From contig CM074518.1 in assembly GCA_037379345.1 (NCBI GenBank), positions 8,060,001 through 8,124,000 on the forward strand: DNA of 64,000 nt. Direction: 5' to 3'. The DNA comes from Perna viridis. Taxonomy: Eukaryota. The position numbers and the translations under genes are program-made. This document shows positions 54,640 through 64,000 of this stretch, piece by piece. The first letter of the stretch is position 1. Each line of letters starts with the position of its first letter. The notes under the pieces are model-generated. The model searched no databases and was not told the DNA's origin. It worked only from the letters and a program-made list of their open reading frames with translations.

Positions 54640-56583
54640 ATGAGCCGCAAGCGGAAACTTATTGGTAAAAAATTTGGATATCAGGAAGGAAATACTCCTA
54701 TTCATAAGGGTAAGAAACTTAAATATGAGCCCAAAAATGACCCTGAGCCTCTTATGAGATTACCTCATACTGTTTATGAATCTAGAGTAAGTCAAGGTAG
54801 TGACAATGTTCTGGAAATCCATGACACTGACCAGTCCCTTTGCACTCCCATGCTGCTGCGGCCACGGCCAAAAAGTCCTGAGTTACTTGATGAATATCTT
54901 GAGCCAAATGTCTCTGATCCAGACAACCACACATATAAACATTACATTCCCTCTCTTGTAAGCATACTGTGGAATACTACAATAAAAGAGCATATAGTTG
55001 AAAGTAATGGTTGTGACGGTGACTTAGATTTTGACTCTAATGCAGCCAAAAAGTGGGGTTATGCATGGAAAGAGAGATTAAAATGTAACAAATGTGGTTT
55101 TAGAGGCCAGTTCTACAAACTGTATTATGAAGTAAATACTACTAAGCCAGGTAGAAAGGCAGCAACTCTAAATATGGCTTTACAGGCAGGGTTACAAACA
55201 ACTCCCATATCAAGCAAGAGCTATAGGGATATAAGCATAACTTGTAACATTATCCCTCCTAATCTATCTGGCATGCAAAAACTTGCAAATAGGGTTGGAA
55301 CTGTAATTGTTAGGTACAATGAAGGTGATATGAAAGAAATAAGGGAAGATATTGTAGCTGAAAATGAGATGGTTGGTCACTCAAACCCTACTTATGTGAA
55401 TGTTGAATCAGATGGTCGCTTCAATAATCGCATTTATAATAGTGACGTGACTGCATTTCAAGGTGGTACGCAAGTTGTCCAAACTATAGTTGAAAATAAT
55501 TCCTCGCTTAAGAGAATTATTAGCGTGTTCACTGGTAATAAGCTATGCAGAGTTGCATCTCGGTTACGAAACAAGGGTATTGAAGTATCATGTCCTGACC
55601 ATGCTGGGTACTGTTCAGCTAACTTGGCTGAAGATGATGCAATAGGTAATGAGGCTGTATATGTTAGAAAATGCACTATTCAGTTGAATGATGCATTGCA
55701 AGTTAGGCATATTACTACTGATGGTGATAGCAAATCTGCTACTGGTGTAGAAAAAGCTCAAAGAACAAGTGTACATGTACTTAAAGATGTTAGACATCTA
55801 TCAATTGGTATCAAAAGAGCTGTGCAAAAGTATACATTCAGCCCATCCATGTTTACTGGTCCTAATAAGAGAAACCTTAAGCACCGTTTTAGTATGGATT
55901 TAAAAACTCGCTGCGTTGCAGAACTAAACAAAGCTTTTGAAACACACAAGGGTGAACTTTTTGAAATAAAACACCATATGCCAACCGCTATCAAAGCAAT
56001 TATAAAATGTTATAATGGAGAATGCGGTACGGCATGCCAAATTCATTCTTATGTGTGTGCTGGTCTATCCTCTAATAAGTGGAAAAAGGGTTTTCTGCCT
56101 GACAATGAGGTTATAAATATGAATGATGAGGATGAAGTCATGGTAGAGAATTGTATTAATGTACTTTTAGGGCCTAAAAGTCTTGACTTAGTACGTTTTC
56201 TTACCTCGACCCAAAAATGTGAAGCGTTTAATCGCAGTCTGCAGAGGTGTAATCCTAAAACAGTCACTCATAGTAGAAACTTCCCAGGTCGTGTACATAC
56301 TGCGGTACACTTAAGTAATCACAAGTTTGGTAATTCAACCTTACTTCGTACAAAGATACTTGGTGTTGAGCTTACACATGGGTCATCTGTTATCAAACAT
56401 CTGAAACAAAATCAGAAAGCTGAAGTATATGGTAGACAATATAAAAAGCTAAAGAGCACAAAATGTCTAAGGTCTAGAACACGTCAAAGGAAATATAACT
56501 TACATGCGACAAAAAACTACCAGGTTCATTATAGAAAGGGTATTTCTGACCCAAAAGTGCCAAAGGCAAAGCCCAGTACTTAG
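54640..56583 (+). CDS. DDD/E transposase, Kolobok type (Mutator-like transposase domain), 647 aa
   Basis: Single uninterrupted ATG ORF. Candidate catalytic triad D258 (NVESDGRF), D361 (ITTDGDS) and E528 (TQKCEAFNR), plus a DxxH motif (D383-H386). Likely Zn-binding clusters H118/C125/C149/C152, C303/C318/H321/C325 and C457-C473. Basic NLS-like N- and C-termini. Confidence 0.9.
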   Translation: MSRKRKLIGKKFGYQEGNTPIHKGKKLKYEPKNDPEPLMRLPHTVYESRVSQGSDNVLEIHDTDQSLCTPMLLRPRPKSPELLDEYLEPNVSDPDNHTYKHYIPSLVSILWNTTIKEHIVESNGCDGDLDFDSNAAKKWGYAWKERLKCNKCGFRGQFYKLYYEVNTTKPGRKAATLNMALQAGLQTTPISSKSYRDISITCNIIPPNLSGMQKLANRVGTVIVRYNEGDMKEIREDIVAENEMVGHSNPTYVNVESDGRFNNRIYNSDVTAFQGGTQVVQTIVENNSSLKRIISVFTGNKLCRVASRLRNKGIEVSCPDHAGYCSANLAEDDAIGNEAVYVRKCTIQLNDALQVRHITTDGDSKSATGVEKAQRTSVHVLKDVRHLSIGIKRAVQKYTFSPSMFTGPNKRNLKHRFSMDLKTRCVAELNKAFETHKGELFEIKHHMPTAIKAIIKCYNGECGTACQIHSYVCAGLSSNKWKKGFLPDNEVINMNDEDEVMVENCINVLLGPKSLDLVRFLTSTQKCEAFNRSLQRCNPKTVTHSRNFPGRVHTAVHLSNHKFGNSTLLRTKILGVELTHGSSVIKHLKQNQKAEVYGRQYKKLKSTKCLRSRTRQRKYNLHATKNYQVHYRKGISDPKVPKAKPST

Positions 56584-56706
56584 TGTACAATGCCTGTGTG
56601 GTTAACTGGTGTAGTTACCTCCCTTACTGTGATGTAAATAGTGTAAATAATTAGTACATGTTTAGACTTGTTGTACAGAAATAATGTGTGATATGTTACC
56701 TTTACC

Positions 56707-57087
56707 CTATAAAATGCAATCATAATATGGAGAATGTTTTGCACAGTGAGTGGGTACAAGGCCGCGACAGTGTTCACGGTCCTTGTTGACCTGCTCCGGC
56801 TCAAGGGACAAATTTTCCACATTAATGCACCTCCTATTATGACATCTATGTGATACTTGCATGCTTTTAGGTAGTTCAAAATTCTTGGTAAACAACATAA
56901 ATGCAAATCTATGAGTATATATTGTCTTTTTATCTCTTTTCCAGGGAAAAGTTACAGTTAGTGTGGAATATCTTCTGCCCCCTCCCCCTAATTTACACAA
57001 AATGCATCCTTTAGCCCCTTGAGCCTCAGAATTGGCCAAAAGTCTTTCTTTTTGAGCTTCAATCCACTTGTCTTGATCCATTTTCAT
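56707..57087 (-). CDS. His-Me finger / His-Cys box homing-endonuclease-like protein (I-PpoI family), about 126 aa
   Basis: SHRCHNRRCINVENLSLEPEQVNKDREHC aligns without gaps to I-PpoI [29 protein letters not shown]. Upstream GC and YTHR motifs and a C-terminal C..H..C cluster are present. The ORF-track start at 57099 is TTG; the first ATG is at 57087. Confidence 0.88.
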   Translation of the reverse strand: MKMDQDKWIEAQKERLLANSEAQGAKGCILCKLGGGGRRYSTLTVTFPWKRDKKTIYTHRFAFMLFTKNFELPKSMQVSHRCHNRRCINVENLSLEPEQVNKDREHCRGLVPTHCAKHSPYYDCIL

Positions 57088-57167
57088 AAGATATTTCAAG
57101 AAAAATCTAATTCAGAAGGTACAAGTTATTTTTAATGTCAAGGCTGCACGTGCAATTTCCCAGTTAA

Positions 57168-57638
57168 GGCTAAAAACCACTAATTCAGTTTCCCATTGCT
57201 CCCTATGTTAAATTGACCATTTTCAAAGGCTTCTCAAATATTTACCTTAACTTTAACCTGCTCATAACCATATATCACCTGAAACCTACATGTATCAGGG
57301 TATCTCAGTCAAGAGGAAACAAGGGGTTAGCAGACTTGCAGTGAAGCACTGTCATTCGGAACTCACCCACCCCTAAAAATAGTAACTGGAATTCTCAATT
57401 TTCTTTATTTAGCCACTCTTTGTTTACATTTCAAAAAAATAACTTATATCTATCAAAAGTAGGCAAATTTGGGCTCAAAATGATCAAAATGAATTTATCT
57501 TTCAGCAGAAGTTCCATTTATGTGAAAATGATTCCTAGATTTTGTATAATAGCATGACAAAGGGACTATTTTTTTGTTTGCGTAGGACTTTTTTTGCGTA
57601 CGTTCCAAAGTTGATGATGCAATTGGTGGTCTGTAACC
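57168..57638 (+). repeat. Right long terminal direct repeat (LTDR2), 471 bp, with its own imperfect 18-bp TIRs
   Basis: Direct copy of 53474-53944 at offset 3694. Preceded by TTAA (57164-57167) and followed by TAAA. Confidence 0.97.
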
Positions 57639-58935
57639 TAAACCAATGAAGGATCAGGGAACACATTAACTGGTTAACACAAGGCATAATGTACATTGGG
57701 TAAACACAGAACACACTATACCAAGGGTAAACAAAGGGCACAATATACCAAGGGAAAATAAAGTACACAATGTCCATATGGTAGACACAGGGCACAAGTA
57801 CATAGGGTAGACACTGAGCACACAATATACCACAGGTAAACACTGGACAAAATATACACAGGGTAAATACAATAAAATATACCAAGGGTAGACACAGGAC
57901 ACAATGTACATAGGTTAGACACAGAGCACAAAATTCACAGGATAGACACAGGGCACACAATATACCACAGGTTAAACACAGGACACAATGTACATAGGGA
58001 AGACACAGGACACAATGTTCATAGGGTAGACACTGGCACAATATATCAAGGGTAAACACAGAACACATAATATATCAATGGTTAACAGAGGGCACAATGT
58101 ACATAGGGAAGAAGCAGAGCACAATATACGAAGGGTAAACACAGGGCACAATGTACATAGGATAGAAACATAACACAATATACCAGGGGTAAATGTTGGG
58201 CACTACATGCATTGGGTAGACACAGAATACAATTTATGGAGGTACAGGTCACAGATTAAATCCTTGGGTCAACAAGGTCACAATGTATATAGGATATACA
58301 TAGAACACACTATACCAAGGGAAGAACAGGGCACACATTAAAAACCTAAGGGTAAACACAGAGCAATGTAAACAGGGTAGACACAGAACACAATATTTCC
58401 TAGAGTAAACACAGGGTACAATGTACATAGGGTAGAGATAATGATAGACAGGGTGCAATGTATACAGGGTAGAGATAATGATAAACAGAGCATATTTTAA
58501 ACACAATATAAATGATACGCAGGGTACAGTGTACACAGGGAGAAGATAATGAAAGATAGGACCCAGTGTTCACAATCTTGACAAGGTAGAGATAACGATG
58601 GGCATTGTACTGATAATGAAAGACAGGGCACAGTGTATACAGGGTAAAGATGATGATAGACAGTGTACAGTGTACACAGGGTAGAGATAATGATAGACAG
58701 GACAGTGTACACCAGTTAGAGATAATGATAGACAGGATACAGTGAACACAGGGTAGAGATAATGATAGACAGGATACAGTGAACACAGGGTAGAGATAAT
58801 TATAGACAGGGCACAGTGTACACAGGGTAGAGATAATGATATTCAGGTTACATTGTATACATGTTAGAGATAATGATAAATAGGGTACCATGTACACAGC
58901 AAAAATATGGTGATAGGCAGGGCACAGTGTAAAAA
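57639..58935. repeat. Continuation of the ~28-bp satellite, changing near 58420 into a 37-bp derivative
   Basis: gggtagacacaggacacaatgtacata units, then gggtagagataatgatagacagggcacagtgtacaca units. Confidence 0.9.
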
Positions 58936-59050
58936 GGGTATAATATATAATAATATAAATTCCTTATTTAAAAGAAGGTAACACAGTTAGCAATAAAATA
59001 TATCAATCTCCCTTGTGGCCTTCACAAATACGAACAAAATAATAATAGTA

Positions 59051-59628
59051 AACAAGATGCTCCCAGGAGTCTGAATCGCTCACCTGGTTAAAATTTGTCT
59101 TTCAGGGGCAATAAATTTAAAAAGGAGTCGTCCAACAATTTTGACTCAAGAAGACTTTGGCAGGACTGTCATAAGGATGATTTCAGCGACCAAAAGTTAC
59201 TTTCTATCTATTTCAGTTTTCTAGATTCTTGCTAAAAACTGTAAAAAAGTCATTTTTCATCTTTCAAGGGCAATAACTCTTACAAGGAGTGGCCTCACAA
59301 CTTTGATCCCTGAAGACTTTTGAAGGCCTTATAATAAGGGTCGTTTCAGCAATTGAAATAATTTTGCTATATTTTGGAGATATATGCGAAAAACTACTGT
59401 CTGACCCCTATGTTCTATTTTTAGTAATGGCTGCCACGTTTTTCAACAGATCAAAAATCCCCATATCCGTATTATGCAGGATACCCCAAGGAACATTCAT
59501 ACCAAGTTTGGTTCCAATTGGTTGACTAATGTCAGAGGTGAAGAGTTTTGAAAAATTGTTAACAACGACAACGACGATGACGATTGACACCAAGTAATGG
59601 GAATAGCTCACATGGCCTTCGCCTAAAA
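59051..59628. mobile_element. HINE-like (Helentron-associated) non-autonomous element
   Basis: Starts aacaagatgctcccaggagtctgaatcgctcacctgg. Has two ~162-bp internal repeats and a (GAC/AAC)n microsatellite. Ends atagctcacatggccttcgcctaaaa. Homologous to 61875-62488. Confidence 0.7.
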
Positions 59629-59753
59629 TTAATAATAAAAACAATACATAAGTATTTATGCATACATATGATTATTATTCTGAAGTATATATATAAATAA
59701 GATATTATACAATACAATTTGTAACTAAGTACCTTCATTTTCTTGCTGATTTA

Positions 59754-60388
59754 GTAGAGATCATGATCGACAGAGTACAGTGTACACAAGGTAGAGATCA
59801 TGATCGACAGGATACAGTGTACACAAGGTAGAGATCATGATCGACAGGATACAGTGTACACAAGGTAGAGATAATTATAGACAGAGTACAGTGTACACAA
59901 GGTAGAGATCATGATTGACAGGATACAGTGTACACAAGGTAGAGATCATGATCGACAGGATACAGTGTACACAAGGTAGAGATCATGATCGACAGGATAC
60001 AGTGTACACAAGATAGAGATCATGATCGACAGGATACAGTGTACACCAGGTAGAGATCATGATCGACATGATACAGTGTACACAAGATAGAGATCATGAT
60101 CGACAGGATACAGTGTACACAAGGTAGAGATCATGATCGACAGGATACAGTGTACACAAGATAGAGATAATTATAGACAGAGTACAGTGTACACAAGGTA
60201 GAGATCATGATTGACAGGATGCAGTGTACACAAGATAGAGATAATTATTGACATAGTACAGTGTACACAAGGTACATATCATGATCAACAGGATACAGTG
60301 TACACAAGGTAGAGATAATTATAGACAGAGTACAGTGTACACAAGGTAGAGATCATGATTGACAGGATACAGTGTACACAAGGTAGAG
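59754..60388. repeat. 37-bp minisatellite (about 17 homogeneous copies)
   Basis: Unit gtagagatcatgatcgacaggatacagtgtacacaag, related to 58420-58935. Confidence 0.96.
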
Positions 60389-61874
60389 TAGGGGTAAAAC
60401 AAATCAAAAATAGAAATATTGTGAGCACATCTGTGGACACCCCTGTTCCAATTAAACATGTTTAACTCTTATCATATTTGATAATCCATCTAAGTACAAC
60501 TATCTTCCTTTAAGCATATCTACATATAATGTACCTTCCTTACAAGATTTTAAATTCTAATGTAGAATGAGTTGTGCTTAGTAGTACAGATAGACAGACA
60601 GATAGGCAGGGTGAATCCTTTCCCCTCCCAAATGGAAAAAAGAGGGTATGATATATCATAATCTGATGATATCATAGAAAGACTTCTTTTTATTATACTC
60701 CAAATCTATGGAATCATGAAACTGTCAACAAAATCCTTGATTTAATAACCTAAAAACTTTTTTCTTCACAACAATAAAATCAATCACTATTTTACAAATC
60801 AATCCATCTAAATCTAGAATTTCTGCCAATTGTTAGAGAAGAAAAATTAGAATTTCTAAAATCACTTGTTAACAAAGCTCAGTGAAACAATCTGACGTTG
60901 ATAGCCGATTTAATTCTCCTCAAATCCACGCTTCACGACAAACAATACATAGGAGAATGTGCTTTTTAAGATAAATTACTATAGTTATTGCATGCACTTT
61001 CGTTAACAATAGTAATACAATTACTCAATCAACTGGCGCTGATCTGGATTTTAATTACGGGACGGAGTTCCGACGTGACATGCAAAGTCAATTAATTGTT
61101 GAAATCACGAGGAAATAGCACCTTCTAACAATCACAATTCATTTGAAATTTACAAAAAAACTTAAGCTTTGAATTCAATTAATCGAAAAAGACGAGCTAT
61201 TGACATTTTTGTTCATTACTCGTATCAACTGAAACAACACAGGAATAATTAAAACATACAAAACAGAAAAATATCAATAGTATATATGGAGAAAAACGTT
61301 TACCCAACATCACAACTCACTATCAATACAGCACATAATAGGCAAACTTCATTAAACAAAATTAAATTCTATCACAAACAAAGAGATGTAGCTATGAACT
61401 TTCAAGGATCAAGAAAGCAAATTCATGTGCAGAATAAAAAAATTTAAACTTTGTCCTAATTGTTGATGAGCACAATCTTTCAGTTACATTTGCATGCACT
61501 AGTTTTTTTGTTATATTTAATTTAAAGATAAACTAAATTTACATTTTCAAATGGCAAAGGACCAACAAGTACAATACATGGCATCATTCTGTACAGTTTA
61601 CTAAAAATGCAGAGCCAGCCTGTACAAAATAGCTTATATGTTAACAACTAATTAAAGTGCAGTGTTCTTACAGTTCCCTATAAATCACCAAGTTTAGAAG
61701 GGAAAGAAGAATAGATCCAATTACAATATATTACTTGATCACAAGGATGGAAAGCAGATATATAAAAATTAGGGCATTAATGGAACATAAAGTGACAGCC
61801 CAACACATAATGCTGAATAAAGAGCTGTGTCATGAGCACCTAATACGCCTGTTGGCTGAGCATGAAAACAGAAA

Positions 61875-62488
61875 ACTAGAGGCTCTAGAGCCTGAATTGC
61901 TCACCTGGCTCAATAATCAACTTTCTATTTTTGTAAAAGAGGCAATATTTATTTTCTTGGATAAAAATTGCTAATGCTCATACCTAAGGAACAATCATAT
62001 CAATGTTAATTAAATTCTGTCTTTGTCAAGTAGTTTCTGAAGAGAAATGGTTTTTTTTTAAGTAATAACATTAAAAATAGCAAAAGTGTTGAAAAAAGGC
62101 AATAACTCCAGCATAGCTTTATAGATTAACATGTAAATTAGGCAACAGGTAGATCTCATCATGCTGAACATTTTTCCTTTTATGTCAGAATTGGGCTATA
62201 CTTAACAGTTTTGAGATATATGCAAAAAAATTCTATCTGACCCTTATGTTCTATTTTTAATAAGGGCAGACATGTTTTTTGATGGATCAAAAATCCACAC
62301 ATCAGTTCTATGCAGAACACTTTATGGAACATTCATACCAAGTTTGATTTAAATTGGTCAAGTAGTGTCAGAGAAGAAGAGTTTGGATAAAAATTAACAA
62401 CAAAGGACGATGACGACTACAATGACAACAACGTACGCCCCAAGATGGCTAGAGATCACATGGCCCTTGAGCCAGGCAAGGTAAAAAA
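61875..62488. mobile_element. Nested HINE-like element
   Basis: 14-bp palindrome aggctctagagcct (61880-61893) followed by gctcacctgg. The 3' ~250 bp is homologous to 59400-59625. Terminal stem remnant gatcacatggcccttgagccagg. Confidence 0.65.
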
Positions 62489-62809
62489 CTTCTCCCTATT
62501 TTATGAAAAAGTGCCATAAAAAGAAAACATAAAATTGAAATTTTATAGGAAACAAAAGGGAGCTTATGACCATGAATACAAAAAATATCTTACAGTTTCA
62601 TGACATTTGCTGAAACCATTTTCCAGTTAGAGTATGTATGTATAAAAATGTGCCAAAAATTAAATAACGTGAAATTGAAATTTTATTAAAAAAAAAAAAA
62701 ATGGTGCCTCTGACCATGGATACAACGAATAGCTCAAAGTTTCATGGCCTTGGCTGAAATTGTTTTTTAGTAAAAGTGCAAAAACAGTAAAAAAACAACT
62801 TTTTTATGA

Positions 62810-63020
62810 AAGAGTAATCAAGGGAACCAAGATTCTTGCAGAAATCAAAAGAATGTAATCCAGGGACAAACACCAGCCATGGTAAACAGACATACACAAC
62901 AAAGGACATAAAGTAACTAAAATAATACATTCAAAGTAAAAAAAGTAAATGAGCAACTCAGACTCCACTAAAAACTGGGAGTGTGGACCAGGTGCACCAG
63001 TAGGGTAAGTGTCCTCTGCT
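62810..63020 (-). mobile_element. Dispersed ~210-bp repeat family A, full-length inverted copy
   Basis: Reverse-complement homologue of 47935-48145. Confidence 0.85.
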
Positions 63021-64000
63021 CAAAAAGTGCAAAAATTAATATGAAATTGAAACTTTATAGAAAACAAAAGGGAGCCTATGACAATAGATACAAAGAATAT
63101 CTCAAAGTTTCCTGGCATTTGCTGAAAACTCTTTTCAGTCAGAGTGGAAAAACAGAAAAACCATGCTTTTTCATAAAAAAAAAGGGGGCCAAAAATCGAA
63201 AACGTGTAATTTAAACTTTGTAGAAAACGAAAAGTAGCCTAACAATCGATATGAAAAATATCTAAAAGTTTCATAGCATTTGCTAAAAACAATTTTCAGT
63301 GAGAGCAGAAAAACAAAAAAACATCCCCCTTTTTTTAATGCAAAAAGTCCTATAATTCAAAAATGTTTATAATTTATATAAAATTCATATTAACCTGTAT
63401 TTTATGGTACTGATCAAGTGTGCAAAATTCTGAGACTAACAGACAGACATGCAACTTTTTGAAGGGAATCACACATCTTGACACTTCGTGTGGTGGGGTT
63501 TAAAAACGAATTTTACTAATCATATATCAAGGGCAATAACTCTCCAAAAATGATGGAAAAGCAATCAAAATTCACTGTTTCAGACCATAAAACATACCAC
63601 TTTTGATTAATAAACATCAGAAACTAAGGTAATTTAGCTATTTTTTTAAGGAAACAAAAACAAACCAAGAATTTCATGCTGTTCTTCATTTAAGACAACA
63701 TTCAACATTCAACCCAGAGAAAACTTGGGTAAAGGTCCTCTGCTTTTTGAGAAACACAATAAAATGTCATGTCATGAAGAAAGGTAAACTATGGCATGGT
63801 TAACAAATTGGTCACCATATCCTTTCTTTTTCCCATTATCATATCAAGTTGAACTTTATCTAAAATTGTGACAGCTAAGTCACAATCAATGGTGAAGAAG
63901 CTCATTTTCTTTAGTTTCCCATTAGTAGGTAGTAAATATCCATTTAATACCAAAATTAAGCTATTTTGCACAATATATAACTAATTTACAAAATTCTTAC

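Larger units (their letters stand above)
53474..57638 (+). mobile_element. Composite-like DNA transposon, LTDR-INT-LTDR (Kolobok superfamily, KolobokP-type), 4,165 bp
   Basis: 471-bp direct repeats at both ends with GG...CC termini. Flanks are TATA (53470-53473) and TAAA (57639-57642). The internal region 53945-57167 encodes a DDE transposase and a convergent His-Me finger nuclease. No RT, gag or integrase. It cleanly interrupts a minisatellite. Confidence 0.92.
61816..63506. mobile_element. Outer HINE-like element with four ~140-165-bp internal repeats, hosting two nested insertions
   Basis: aaattgaaattttataggaaacaaaagggagcttatgacc...aaagtttcatgacatttgctgaaa units at about 62533, 62673, 63044 and 63210. 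The end cagacagacatgcaacttttt...gtggtggggtttaaaaa is shared with about 46100-46172. Confidence 0.5.

Noticed and set aside
55458-56906. Antisense ORFs of 60-108 aa overlapping the transposase and nuclease
   Set aside because: Shadow ORFs with no recognisable motifs.
56600-57160. Group I intron hosting the homing endonuclease
   Set aside because: No rRNA exons or recognisable intron core. The ORF is tightly packed between the transposase and LTDR2.
53474-57638. LTR retrotransposon or endogenous retrovirus
   Set aside because: The repeats end GG...CC rather than TG...CA, there is no gag, RT, RNase H or integrase, and the internal ORF is a DDE transposase.
52640-58897. Cys-rich ORFs flanking the transposon
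   Set aside because: Derived from the 28/84/37-bp satellite, not metallothionein-like or keratin-like genes.

Overview
AT-rich, largely CpG-depleted eukaryotic non-coding DNA. The repeat types suggest a mollusc, probably a bivalve, and the window may lie in a large intron of a minus-strand gene (both inferences). No host protein-coding gene is recognisable, and most ORF-track entries are chance ORFs or translations of minisatellites. The standout is a young, apparently intact 4,165-bp composite-like DNA transposon at 53474-57638. It has two 471-bp long terminal direct repeats (LTDRs, one mismatch), each with its own imperfect 18-bp TIRs and TWWA flanks. Between them lie a 647-aa DDE transposase (+) and a convergent I-PpoI-like His-Me finger (His-Cys box) endonuclease (-). 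From memory this matches the KolobokP lineage of Kolobok transposons described from bivalves, so the class is probably known even if the family is not. It is inserted in a minisatellite, so the empty site can be reconstructed: the target was TATA, but the right flank is TAAA. The remainder is about a dozen minisatellite arrays, nested Helentron-associated (HINE-like) elements, SINE/LINE tails, TA-flanked MITEs, several CpG-retaining candidate regulatory blocks and one candidate short first exon.
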